Part shown: positions 9,140-19,800 of the stretch, piece after piece
Numbering within the stretch: position 1 is the stretch's first letter
Layout: each line of letters opens with the position of its first letter
NCBI GenBank assembly: GCA_002293685.1
Contig: DBDS01000002.1
Location: 31,742-95,741, forward strand
Length of the DNA: 64,000 nt
Reading direction: 5' to 3'
Origin: Patescibacteria group bacterium UBA926
Lineage (GTDB): Bacteria; Patescibacteriota; Doudnabacteria; UBA920
Notes under the pieces: model-generated
The model's input: only the letters and a program-made list of their open reading frames with translations
Databases searched by the model: none
What the model was told of the DNA's origin: nothing
Position numbers and translations under genes: made by a program

Positions 9140-10143
9140 GATTTTTCACCTCTTAAGAATTCTGCTGTCATCTCTGGCGACATCGGATTTACTGGAATAC
9201 CGGTTGCATATTCGAACCCAGCCCAAATGGTTAACCTTGGAAATACAGTAAGGTGCCAGTGGTAACTCTTCTGCTCTTGAATTAAATGTTTATCATTCGA
9301 TTTCGGCATAGTATGAATGTAAAAATTTAAAGGAGGGTCGGACAATTTTAAATACAGCGAGCCTAAGACTTTTTTTAAAACGTGCGACAAGTGCAATAAT
9401 TCGATGTCCGAAGTTGCTTCAAATCTGGCATGATGGCGTTTTGGAATAATCCAAGTCTCGAATGGACTGCGCGAAGCATACGCCGACATCACAATAAAGT
9501 ATTCGTCTTCATACACAATTCTGTCGCGCAATTTGGTCTCCTCCTTTATAATGTCACAGTAGATGCAATGACCAGTGAGTTGATAGTGATGATAACAACC
9601 CCGCATCTCGTCGTGAATATGAGGCGGCACCATTGGCGTAGCCAGAATTTGATAATGCGGATGAATTAAAGACGCGCCAGCGTCACGACCGTGATTATGA
9701 AAAACTTGAACGTAATTAATCTTAGGATCTTTGTAAATCTCTTTGATTCTATCCTGAAACATCTTTAAACTCTGTTGAACCAACACAGCAGATTGCAGAG
9801 CAGGTGGTTCATTATGCTTTCGTGAAATAATCACCTCATGCTCACCGTATCCGGCCTGTGAGTGATAAAACTGACGATTGCGATATATGGTCGCGTTTTC
9901 AAGCGCAGAATACTTGTTCATAATAACGCGAAGTTGCCAGTTTTTATCGTTAGGGACACGGCAAACATCTTCGCAAAGATCAGGGTTCTTGTGCTCGTTC
10001 CCTGGGCAAAAAATACAAGCCGGGTCATGATCGGGCAAACCAAAACCCACGCTGTAAGTGCGGAAGTCTTCAGGGCGCTTACTACGACTTGGCGCAATCA
10101 AGACCCATTGTTTTGTTACTGGATTTTGGCGAAATTGAGACAT
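9136..10143 (-). CDS. galactose-1-phosphate uridylyltransferase-like HIT-family nucleotidyltransferase
   Basis: CxxC...H Zn motif (CIFCPGNEH) and HPHYQI HxHxQ motif. Confidence 0.7.
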   Translation of the reverse strand: MSQFRQNPVTKQWVLIAPSRSKRPEDFRTYSVGFGLPDHDPACIFCPGNEHKNPDLCEDVCRVPNDKNWQLRVIMNKYSALENATIYRNRQFYHSQAGYGEHEVIISRKHNEPPALQSAVLVQQSLKMFQDRIKEIYKDPKINYVQVFHNHGRDAGASLIHPHYQILATPMVPPHIHDEMRGCYHHYQLTGHCIYCDIIKEETKLRDRIVYEDEYFIVMSAYASRSPFETWIIPKRHHARFEATSDIELLHLSHVLKKVLGSLYLKLSDPPLNFYIHTMPKSNDKHLIQEQKSYHWHLTVFPRLTIWAGFEYATGIPVNPMSPEMTAEFLRGEKS

Positions 10144-10153
10144 AAAGTTAGTT

Positions 10154-10531
10154 TTATTGCTTGCTATTTAAATAATTTTGCAGAAAAATTTGTGCGGATA
10201 AACTGTCGATGTTTTTAGAAGAACCAGCGATTTGCTCGGCCATTGTACTGGATAATCTTTCATCTACAAGCTCTAAGGGAATTTGTAGTTTTTGTTCTAA
10301 CTGTTCTGCGAATAGTCGCGCTTCGGCAGTTTTATCGGTATCTATCCCAGCCATGTTGAGCGGTAATCCGACAATTAACTTCTCTACGCTTTCTTGATTA
10401 ACTATATCAGGAATTTTTTCCCAAAACTCATCTGGTGATAAAATTGCCAACTCTCTTGCTAACTGACCCATTTCATCGGAGATTGCTAATCCGATTCTTT
10501 TCGTCCCGTAATCGATTGCTAAAGTTTTCAA
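10154..10531 (-). CDS. ruvX: Holliday-junction resolvase-like RuvX/YqgF
   Basis: MKTLAIDYGTKRIGLAISD N-terminus typical of YqgF. Confidence 0.85.
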   Translation of the reverse strand: MKTLAIDYGTKRIGLAISDEMGQLARELAILSPDEFWEKIPDIVNQESVEKLIVGLPLNMAGIDTDKTAEARLFAEQLEQKLQIPLELVDERLSSTMAEQIAGSSKNIDSLSAQIFLQNYLNSKQ

Positions 10532-11772
10532 AGCTGTGTTTCTCCAATTGTTATGGTGACCACAATTTCGCTGCCATCACGAAAAACCTTAGCTTCGACT
10601 CTATCATTTGGTCTAAACTTTTTTAATGCACGGGCCAAAGAATTATTTTCATCCAAACGCTCGCCGTTTAATTCCAAAATTATATCGTTAGCTTGCAGTC
10701 CGGCTCGAGCAGCTGGACTATTTGGAATAACTGCAAAATCGGTCGGTCTTGTACCTGGTATTAAGAAGGCACCATAATCTTTTGATAAATTATTTACTTC
10801 AGACATAGCAGGAGTAATCATCGAATATCGAACACCCAGATACGGTCGAGCAATTTTTCCTGTTTCCTGATAAATCTCCAAAGCACTGCGCGCATCGTTG
10901 GCCGGAATAGCGAATCCAATCGATTGACCACTAACATCCACGGCTGTATTAATCCCAACCACTAAGCCAGTCATACTTAGTAGAGGTCCTCCAGAGTTTC
11001 CACGATTAATAGCCGCATCAGTTTGAATCACTCCTTCTAACTGCTCCACTACTCCACCACCCCCAGCCGAAATACTTCTACCAATTCCAGAAATAATTCC
11101 GCGAGTGACTGTGTTTTGATACTGGCCTAAAGTATTTCCGATAGCAATCACATTCTGACCTAACTTCAAACTATCTGAGTCTGCAAAGCGCAAATAAGGC
11201 GCGTTTTCAATTTCAATTTTCAATAAAGCGATGTCGTTTGCAGGATCTTTGGCAGCGACAGTCGCCTCATACGATTGACCATCATTCGTTAACACAGAAT
11301 ATGTCGCGGTCTCATCATCTACGACGTGACGGTTGGTCATTATCCAACCATCTTGCGTTACAAAAAATCCTGTACCGGCACCCACTTCTTGAACCCCAGC
11401 ACTTCCGCCAGGTATGTTATACAACCCAAAAGGACCAAAAAATAATCCGCCACGCTGATTAACCTCACGAGAAATTACAATCGAAACCACAGCATCTCCC
11501 GCAGCTTCAACAACATCGGTAATAGCCGACTCTTCATTAATTTGAACATTCTGTTCTAAGATAGCTGTTGAATTGCCACCGCCAAACATATTTTGAAAGA
11601 ATGGACGCTTAGCCAAATCTAATGAGCCGTACATTCCACCGATAATTCCAGCGACCAAAGCAAACACTACAACACCATAAGAAGTGTGATGTGGTGATGT
11701 TTCGGTTTGTGTAACTTCTGTTTCGGTGACCGATTCGTCAGGTTGAATTATTTGGTTTTCTGATTCTTTCAT
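10528..11772 (-). CDS. HtrA/DegP-family trypsin-like serine protease with PDZ domain
   Basis: GNSGGPL catalytic-serine motif, N-terminal TM helix and C-terminal PDZ-like region. Confidence 0.85.
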   Translation of the reverse strand: MKESENQIIQPDESVTETEVTQTETSPHHTSYGVVVFALVAGIIGGMYGSLDLAKRPFFQNMFGGGNSTAILEQNVQINEESAITDVVEAAGDAVVSIVISREVNQRGGLFFGPFGLYNIPGGSAGVQEVGAGTGFFVTQDGWIMTNRHVVDDETATYSVLTNDGQSYEATVAAKDPANDIALLKIEIENAPYLRFADSDSLKLGQNVIAIGNTLGQYQNTVTRGIISGIGRSISAGGGGVVEQLEGVIQTDAAINRGNSGGPLLSMTGLVVGINTAVDVSGQSIGFAIPANDARSALEIYQETGKIARPYLGVRYSMITPAMSEVNNLSKDYGAFLIPGTRPTDFAVIPNSPAARAGLQANDIILELNGERLDENNSLARALKKFRPNDRVEAKVFRDGSEIVVTITIGETQL

Positions 11773-11783
11773 AAAAGAGGATA

Positions 11784-13409
11784 TTAAGGTGTAGTGGTAA
11801 GAGGAGGGTTAGAAGTTGTTGGGGGAACGTTGGGAGATGTTGGTGTTGTGTAAGTGGTTCCGGTGATAGGAACAACTGGTTTGATTTGTGCTGTTGCTAA
11901 ACAAACATTACGCTCAGCAATAATTCCAATTCCTCCTGGTCCAGAAGTTGAACCTCCTGCCAAAGGTGTAAATATAAATTTATTGACTAAGTTTTGAACT
12001 ACAGAAGCTACCAATTGCCCTGCGATATTTTCAGAGTTGCTTGAGCCAAGGTTCATAGCTCCCGAAATAGCGCTTTCCTGAACACCCATGATCGAGGAAA
12101 TAGTTTTATTAACCTGACTGTTTACAATATCGCGGCCGGTTTTCAAGCCTGGACTAAGAACTTCTTTTGCAGCCGCAGCATCTGCTTCGGCTTTAGTTTG
12201 AGCTGCGAGACTTTGATAATATCCCTCCCACCACACTGGATAATTTTTTTCGTCGCTGCCGAGACGAGCTAGCTTTTCCAAGAAATCCGGATCACTAGGG
12301 CTAATAATTAAATCATTCCCCACATTCTGACGCGCCTTAGCAACAAAGATTTGATTAAGCTGCCTTTTATCAGGAGCAACACAAAAATACTCTGGTATGA
12401 ATTTTGTAATAATGTCTTGGTCCAAAGGATCAGAGACAAATTTCTTCATATACTCAACTGAGTAAAATCTTCCTAACTCATTCGAATAGTATAGCTGACT
12501 AGCAATAGCGAATGTTTTTTCAATATGAGAAACTAGTTTGTCTATTATTTGAATACTGAATTGCGCAAATGACCTAGCAAGGCCAGTGCGAATTCCCTCA
12601 TACAAAATTTGCTGCCAATCCGTGACCACTGTAACAGCAAACTGTGCTTGAGCGGTTTTTACTAAGCCAAATTTTGGTAATTCGTAGCCATCAGGAAGCA
12701 GTCCTGCATATGTCTGGTTGAGTTTTTGCAATTCGATGTTTGTAACTCCCAAACGGTTATCAATTACAGCGTATTTATTATAAACAGTTGGCCAAGGATT
12801 AAAATCATAGTTACCAGCGTATTCTTTCGCAGTTGAGAAAACCTGACCATATTCTTGTAAAGCAATGATAGTTGCTTTATGTAACTCAACAGCGTTAGCA
12901 GGAACTTCAGTTTGCCTCAAATTTCCAACCAGAGAATTACTCAACTCCTGTGCTCTCGCTAACTCATTTGGATTAGCGTTTGCTGCAAAAAACTGTTGTT
13001 GATCAAGCCGAGCATCACGTTGAAAATTCTCAATCATTGATTTTGTCTTCGTGAAGTAATTCACCACAAAATCAGGATCAGTTCTATTACTAATATTCAA
13101 TTCCGCATTAGCTAAAGTGGGAATAACAACCCGCTGCTTGGTCTGTAAGGTGTCTTCCACTTCTTGGCGAACCAAGTCTTCAGAAGCAACCTTCTGCAAG
13201 AACTGTTGACTTGCTGCATAATTTGGCTCAATCGATGCCAAGAACTGATTGTACTGTTCTAGTTCTTCTTGTGCGAGCCTAGCCTGCTCGGAATAATCGG
13301 TAGGATCTCTAAAACTCCACTGTCCAGGTTCCCAAATATTCACAGCAACAAGAGCGAGTACGGCCAAGCCAATCACAATCGCATATATTTTTTTATTTTT
13401 GTCTTCCAT
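11784..13409 (-). CDS. hypothetical membrane-anchored protein with Thr/Pro-rich C-terminus
   Basis: N-terminal TM helix; C-terminal low-complexity run TGTTYTTPTSPNVPPTTSNPPLTTTP. Confidence 0.5.
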   Translation of the reverse strand: MEDKNKKIYAIVIGLAVLALVAVNIWEPGQWSFRDPTDYSEQARLAQEELEQYNQFLASIEPNYAASQQFLQKVASEDLVRQEVEDTLQTKQRVVIPTLANAELNISNRTDPDFVVNYFTKTKSMIENFQRDARLDQQQFFAANANPNELARAQELSNSLVGNLRQTEVPANAVELHKATIIALQEYGQVFSTAKEYAGNYDFNPWPTVYNKYAVIDNRLGVTNIELQKLNQTYAGLLPDGYELPKFGLVKTAQAQFAVTVVTDWQQILYEGIRTGLARSFAQFSIQIIDKLVSHIEKTFAIASQLYYSNELGRFYSVEYMKKFVSDPLDQDIITKFIPEYFCVAPDKRQLNQIFVAKARQNVGNDLIISPSDPDFLEKLARLGSDEKNYPVWWEGYYQSLAAQTKAEADAAAAKEVLSPGLKTGRDIVNSQVNKTISSIMGVQESAISGAMNLGSSNSENIAGQLVASVVQNLVNKFIFTPLAGGSTSGPGGIGIIAERNVCLATAQIKPVVPITGTTYTTPTSPNVPPTTSNPPLTTTP

Positions 13410-13426
13410 TTTTTTTAATTTAATTT

Positions 13427-14986
13427 TTACTCTACTAATTCCCCTCCAAATATTTTTAAAGCATCCGACACTACGACCGCAGTATCGGTAATTTTTTCTG
13501 AAACCGACAGATTTTTATCTATTACAGCTATAAACGCAACAGAACCACCCGCTTGTTTGCTAAGATAGTCGTTAATTAAAGTGCGCATTCGAGCGCTTTC
13601 GAGTTGCTCTTTATGAAATAAATATTTTACGGATACAGCCACGCGATTACCTTCAACTTTAGAAATCGGTGCATTTTTTAGTAAGGTGGCTAATGGACTA
13701 TTAAACTTTCGGACTTCTGCAATAAGCTCTGGCCACCAACCTTTTACCTGATCTTCCGTTAAGGCAACGTTAGAATTTTCGGAAACAGCTACTTCTTCTG
13801 ATTTTTGTTCAATTTCTAATTTTTCTTCGACAACTGTTACAGGTGATTCTATAACAACTTGGGCTTTGGAAACAACTGGCTTAGTGCTATCTGGTGTGGA
13901 ATTAGCGTTATCAATGTTCTTAGAAGCTTGTCCGCCCGAGCCAGACATATACAAAGCTGCCTCAATACTTGCTAACAGTAGAGGTAATTCTGGACTTAAA
14001 GCTTTTTCAATTTCTTTATAAGCTCTTAGGTATAATCGGATAATATGTAGAATTTGAGGTAATGCAAAAGCTTGGCCTAACGAATCGGTCCGCGTCTGTC
14101 CAGCCAAAGTTTGTTCCAACAATTCCTGTAACACTCCCAAAGTTTTTCTGGTAAAACTAGAAGCGTCAAAATTTAGTTCTGTCTGTTTGGCAAAAAATTC
14201 TGGCAACGCTGCGGTCTGACCTTTTGATATAAATAATAACAATTCTTCGATAGTGGCTCGTGATGTAGTGCCGAGTAGTAAGTGAATGTCGGATTCGCTA
14301 TGATCTTTTTCTAACACGGAGATCATAGACAGTTGTGATAAAGCATCACGCAACCCACCTTCGCTATTTTCTACAATAATTTCTAAGGCGCCCGCAGGTA
14401 ATTTTAATTTTTCTTGCTTCACAATACTTTCTAGAGTTTTTAAAATCTGCGGAGCGGTAATTTTTCGGAAATCAAACCTTTGAGTTCTAGAAATTATAGT
14501 TTCCGGAACTTTATCGATATCTGTAGTAGCTAAAATGAACAATGCATGAGCTGGCGGTTCTTCCAAAGTTTTTAGTAAAGCATTGAAAGCTGCTTTCGAA
14601 AGCATGTGAACCTCGTCAATGATAAAAACTTTGGTCTTGCCTTGACTTGGCCCAAAATTGATTCGTTCGATAAGTTCGCGAATGTTATCAACGCCAGTAT
14701 GTGATGCGGCATCTATCTCTACTACATCAAGAAATGTTCCGCGGCCAATTGCAGTACACACATCACATGTCCCACACGGGTCACCGTCTTTGACTTTCGG
14801 GCAATTTACGGCTTTGGCCAAAATCCGAGCGAGGGTAGTTTTTCCAACTCCCCGACTTCCGGTAAATAAATAGGCATGACCAACCCGCCCGAGCTTCACA
14901 GCTTGCGACAAAGCCTTAACAATTGATTCTTGCCCCACAACTTCGCTAAATTTTTGAGGACGGTAGGTTTGATAGTAAACAGCCAT
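13427..14986 (-). CDS. dnaX: DNA polymerase III subunit gamma/tau
   Basis: Walker A GSRGVGKTT, zinc-module cysteines CPKVKDGDPCGTCDVC and clamp-loader boxes. Confidence 0.9.
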   Translation of the reverse strand: MAVYYQTYRPQKFSEVVGQESIVKALSQAVKLGRVGHAYLFTGSRGVGKTTLARILAKAVNCPKVKDGDPCGTCDVCTAIGRGTFLDVVEIDAASHTGVDNIRELIERINFGPSQGKTKVFIIDEVHMLSKAAFNALLKTLEEPPAHALFILATTDIDKVPETIISRTQRFDFRKITAPQILKTLESIVKQEKLKLPAGALEIIVENSEGGLRDALSQLSMISVLEKDHSESDIHLLLGTTSRATIEELLLFISKGQTAALPEFFAKQTELNFDASSFTRKTLGVLQELLEQTLAGQTRTDSLGQAFALPQILHIIRLYLRAYKEIEKALSPELPLLLASIEAALYMSGSGGQASKNIDNANSTPDSTKPVVSKAQVVIESPVTVVEEKLEIEQKSEEVAVSENSNVALTEDQVKGWWPELIAEVRKFNSPLATLLKNAPISKVEGNRVAVSVKYLFHKEQLESARMRTLINDYLSKQAGGSVAFIAVIDKNLSVSEKITDTAVVVSDALKIFGGELVE

Positions 14987-15056
14987 ATATTTGAATTATA
15001 CCATATATAAAACCGCTTATAATTAAGCGGTTTTATTAAGAAAAAATCAAGTAATT

Positions 15057-15728
15057 TTATCGCTTGAAAACAAACATTTTGTAAGCCAAAAAATTCCAAA
15101 TTAAAGATAAGCCGGTAGCAAGAATTTTAGCCACATTTTTAACGCTATCCTCGTTAATAAAGCTAGATAAGGATGGCGCGAGAGCAGAAGAAGCCAAAGC
15201 GACAATACCGCTGTTGATAAGCAAACCGATAAAGCTGACCACCATAAAACTTATAAATTGCTGAGCAACTTTACTATCATCTCCATTATTACTGGTTAAC
15301 TTTAATCCAAAGGCGTACCACACTAAAATTTCTGAAACTATGAAGACTACTAAGATAAACAGATAGTAGTTCTCCATCGCACCCTGAATACTACCTACTA
15401 TTACGAGTAAGAACGCAAATAATCCCAAACCGCCTACAATCATCAATCGGATGGCATTAGCCAGTGGGGAAATATTAAAGCTGTGGAATGTCCATGCGCG
15501 GTTCCAGAAATAACTTTGAATCATCGCCGCGGTAAAACCAATCATATTAAGAGCTCCCAATGTAACCCCTTCAGTAACACCAAAAGATTTAGTGATGTAG
15601 TTCAATATAATAAAATCCAGCGCGGTGTTGATTGTGCCAATGGCAGCAAAACGCAGGACTTGCAAAATGACTGGCCTAGCTTCTAATAATCGAGCTAAAC
15701 GCTGGTTATATAACGATAATGTAGCCAC
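15057..15728 (-). CDS. GtrA-family polysaccharide-synthesis membrane protein
   Basis: GtrA-like N-terminus (VLRFAAIGTINTALDFIILNY) and multiple TM helices. Confidence 0.6.
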   Translation of the reverse strand: MATLSLYNQRLARLLEARPVILQVLRFAAIGTINTALDFIILNYITKSFGVTEGVTLGALNMIGFTAAMIQSYFWNRAWTFHSFNISPLANAIRLMIVGGLGLFAFLLVIVGSIQGAMENYYLFILVVFIVSEILVWYAFGLKLTSNNGDDSKVAQQFISFMVVSFIGLLINSGIVALASSALAPSLSSFINEDSVKNVAKILATGLSLIWNFLAYKMFVFKR

Positions 15729-15764
15729 GTTTGTTTATTTAATAATTGGATAAAAGTTTGAAAA

Positions 15765-16406
15765 TTAAAACTCTTCGGTTTCTGGTTGCATCATTGGCTC
15801 GGCTTCCATATCCTGATCGCTGTCCATTGCACCGTTACCGATTGAACCATCGAATTCCGTGTCACCACTAGCACCGTGCTTAATTACGTTTTCGACAGCT
15901 GCCCATTGACTATCCCCTTCTTGAGGAACGACTATAGTGACTTCATCTCCCGCCGAAGCTTTAAAATAGGTTAACGATGCCAACAATACTCTGTAGGTTT
16001 TTCCATCTGCAATTACTTTGTAGTCGCCGTTTTCATCTTGCAATAAAATACCAATAATTTTCTTGCGGTCAACCGGACCAATTTGTTTATATATAAATGA
16101 ACCGTCGTCGGCGATTGTTAGTTTTAACACATCACCCTCGACTAACTTTGACTTTGAAGCGTAGTTGGCAGGAACAGGATATTGTTTGTTGTCTGGACCA
16201 ATCATATTTTGACCATCGAACACACCTTCGATGATTTTTCCACCATCAAGCACAGATAAACCGGTCGCTTTTTCGGCAAAATTAGTTGAACTACGTGAAG
16301 TCGAACCACCTGCCATTTCACGCAATAAGTGTTTCGCTGATTGAATATTCTTTTCGGCCGCCTCAATCATTTGCACAATTAAAGCGAAATTTGCATTTTT
16401 ATCCAT
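15765..16406 (-). CDS. hypothetical protein with acidic C-terminus
   Basis: ORF-track ORF with no recognisable motifs and a C-terminal D/E-rich tail. Lies in the accessory segment. Confidence 0.4.
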   Translation of the reverse strand: MDKNANFALIVQMIEAAEKNIQSAKHLLREMAGGSTSRSSTNFAEKATGLSVLDGGKIIEGVFDGQNMIGPDNKQYPVPANYASKSKLVEGDVLKLTIADDGSFIYKQIGPVDRKKIIGILLQDENGDYKVIADGKTYRVLLASLTYFKASAGDEVTIVVPQEGDSQWAAVENVIKHGASGDTEFDGSIGNGAMDSDQDMEAEPMMQPETEEF

Positions 16407-16516
16407 GAATTATTTGTTTTGTTTTTGTATATTTGAATGCCAAGTTTTTGTTTCTAAACAGACGTGAAAACTTTGTTTAATTATAACACGGTTCTCCAAA
16501 AAGGCAAGTAAATATT

Positions 16517-16831
16517 TTATTTATCCATAACTTGTTTTGCTGATTTGAGGGAATTCATCTCATGCTCAATAGCCTCTTCTATTTTGAAATGAATATTCGG
16601 AACTTCCGCGGTAAGCTGAGCGATCCCTTCATCCATTTTTTCAGCGTCATCAAGTGCAGTTAGCTGTTCGAATCTAGCTAATTGCTCAGCATTAAGATTA
16701 CTCGTTAAAGTATCAATCATGACCTGATTGAGGTGCTCGGTGATTTGAGCTATGACTTGATACTTCTCATCTTCTCCTAAAGATTCCAAGCCAAGCTCAG
16801 TAATTAATTTGTCTATAGATTCTTTTAACAT
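16517..16831 (-). CDS. hypothetical acidic helical protein
   Basis: ORF with a 5-nt gap downstream of the 1144-aa gene. Confidence 0.4.
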   Translation of the reverse strand: MLKESIDKLITELGLESLGEDEKYQVIAQITEHLNQVMIDTLTSNLNAEQLARFEQLTALDDAEKMDEGIAQLTAEVPNIHFKIEEAIEHEMNSLKSAKQVMDK

Positions 16832-16835
16832 GGCT

Positions 16836-19800
16836 TTACTTCTTAATAAAGTTTTCTACCTTGGTCAATAACTCACGCGCTTTCTTCTTATCATCATCTG
16901 AGCCTGACATCAATGATTCGATGCTATCAATAGAAGACTCTACCACGTACTGAATAATATTTTCTGATGTTATGTTTTTAGAAATATTCGGCAGTTTGTC
17001 CTTACTCTCTAAAAAATCTTCAGCTTTCATTTTGTTTCGCTTGAAATATGATTCGATATGTTTAATCCTTGTAGTGGGAAGTTTTTTCCTAAATTGCTTT
17101 TGAATTTTTTCTAATCTCTCCTTATTTTCAACTTCATCATTATCAATTACCTCTTTTGAGGATCCATGATCTAAATTAATTCCCATTTGTTTAATCACAA
17201 CATCTGCGAACCTTTCAGCAACAACTTGGTCATTAGGTTTTTTTGATTCACGAAGCACAGACATACTTGAGAACCTATTCTTTACAGCATCAGAAACCTT
17301 ACTCAATCGTTCAGGGTCTGCCCTGCGAAGCCCTTCCTCCAATTGTCTATTGAGATATGCTTCATCAGGTTTAGTTAAATCTAAATCCAATTCCCCAGGT
17401 TTCGTTTGGTATTTGTCTCCTAAAACAATTTCCACATTAGACGGAAGGCCATCTGGGAATTTCCGATTGATAATATCAAGCAAAATCTCCTCAGCTGGTA
17501 CGCGTTTAGATTCGGGTATCTTAGAAAAGGCGTCATTAGTCATTAAGTCTGGGTATTTAGCAAATTGTTCTTCACGATTCATTGGTCCTAGTACAGCAGT
17601 TCTTTCTTTGTGAGATTCGCGAAGTAATCCAATAATTTCAGCAGGTTTCAATGCATTATAAGAAATTCCCCCTTTAGAAAGTTTAATTAGCTGTAAAGTT
17701 ACTTCATCTCTCTCAACAAAGTCAGTTTCTCCAATATTTATAGCCTTTAAGCCTTTGGTAATTCTTTGCAGTTCGTTTGGCTTAATTGAGTCAAAGGCCT
17801 TCTTCACTCGACTTAGTGCACGATATTGATCTTCTGGAGATAATTGATCAAAAACCCTCTGATCAGAAAGCTTAACTTTAAAATCGTATTTTGATTCAAA
17901 CTCCAAAAACTTTTTGGCGACCTCGTTCTCGATCACTCTACCAACCAGACTTTCAATATCACTCCAGTCAACTCTTGAAAATACAGGAATCCCCACAATT
18001 ACAGAATCTCTATCTGAAACCAAAGTTCTTTCCTTATCAGAAGACATATTCAAAACTATCTTGGTGTTTATATTTAGAGTCCTTAGTTTTTTTGCTGACT
18101 TAATGAACTCATCAACGATGTATTGAATCTTATCAATTTGCTTTTCTAATTTTTTATTTCCATCAATATGAACTTCCGCATTAATTCCCGCGGCGATCAG
18201 TGCTTGATTAAATTCTGCTTCAGCCTGAGATAATTTTTCTTTTTCAGGTTCGGCTTTTTCCTTTTCCTCTCCGTCTGTTTCAGTATCTTGAGATAAAGCT
18301 TTCCCCCAATCAAAATCAACAGGAGCATCTGGAGAATCAGGTCCTTTAGGCTTATCACCGGTTCGAGGGGTAGAAGCTAGAGGTGTAGTGACCGGAGGAT
18401 TTTCAGGTCCTCTATTACCAGGAGTACCGCCTAGTGCAACCCCACCGATTACAGTACTATTCTCGTTGGTATTATTTTCACGACCTGGCCTGGAAGCAGC
18501 TTCTGATGCGAGTACAGCAGCAGCTACTACAGCAAGAGCTGCATAGTCATCTGCGGTAAGCTCAACATCTTCATAAGCTTTAGACTCAGTGATGGTTTCG
18601 GTTATAAACTGTTCCATCGCAACTGGATCAAAGTCCAACATTTTAGCTTTTGTTGCTTCAGAAAGAAAGTGCGCCTTGGTTTGAATTAACTCGCCAATGT
18701 TCTTTATTCCAGCTTCGGTTAACTTGGCGTTCTCGCCTATCACACCAGCTTTTTCTAAAGCCTCTTCAACATACCCACTAGAAACTGTAAATTCAGCTGA
18801 ATTTACATCGATTCCCTGCCTTAGCGCCTCTTTAACTAGAGTATCTTCAGCATAAACTAATTGCTCAATGGTTACCCCGCTCGCAAAATTAGCGTTTACG
18901 CCTTTATGTTCTTCGATAAAAGTGTGAATTGCATCACGGGCACCACCGGTTAAGCCGCGATGATCCAGTTTATTAGTATATGACTCTGACAAATTTGCTC
19001 GGGTTTCAACAATTGGAGTTGATTCTTGAATAACAGCACCGCTATTCCATAACTTATCTGCACTTTCAACTAACGCCGCCCCTACTGTCGAACCAAGTGC
19101 ACCATAAGCCGCGCCGCGTAAAATAGCTTTGCCAACAATTGCTTTCTTGTTCCTAAAAACATTTCCAAAATCACGCTTGTAATTAATATTGCGCTCAATT
19201 CGGTTCAATAAAACTTGAACTTCTTTACCGCGATCCGATTTAGCGTAGTTATTCTTAATGTCCTGTGATGCGCCTAATAAGTATTCAATTTTATCTTTCT
19301 CTGAATAATTCGCAAATTTTCCATCCTTTTTTGCTAACTCAGTTTGCATGTTAAGTCTTGCCGCATCTAAAGTTTGCTTAATCTGATTATATTCCTCTGG
19401 TGACGCATCGAATTTTTGGTTTTTATGAAGTTCTTCAAGCTTGGTCAGCAAAGCTGCTTTCTCAAGATAATCAGCTTGGTTAAACTTCTCCATAATTTCC
19501 TTCGACTGATACGCTTTCGACTCTCGGAACAAAGCTTTTCCACCTTCTAACAAACCACCAGCGGTGGCTCCAGCAGCGATAGCAAATGGAAGGTTCGCTC
19601 CAAAAGCTGCAACGTATCCGGCTTTGACCGCACCACGAACAGCTGCGCCTGCACCCATACCAACTAAGAATGAACTCAAACGTGGATGTTTTGCAGACCA
19701 ATCACCAACTCGATCTTTAAGTCTTCCAAAGAATCCTTGTTTTGTATTTTCGTCGAAAAGAACTGACCGAATTGCTTCAGCCTGAACAACACCGATTTGG

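Noticed and set aside
14896-15099. 67-aa ORF overlapping the dnaX start
   Set aside because: It overlaps the dnaX N-terminus and the gtrA-like C-terminus, with no signals.
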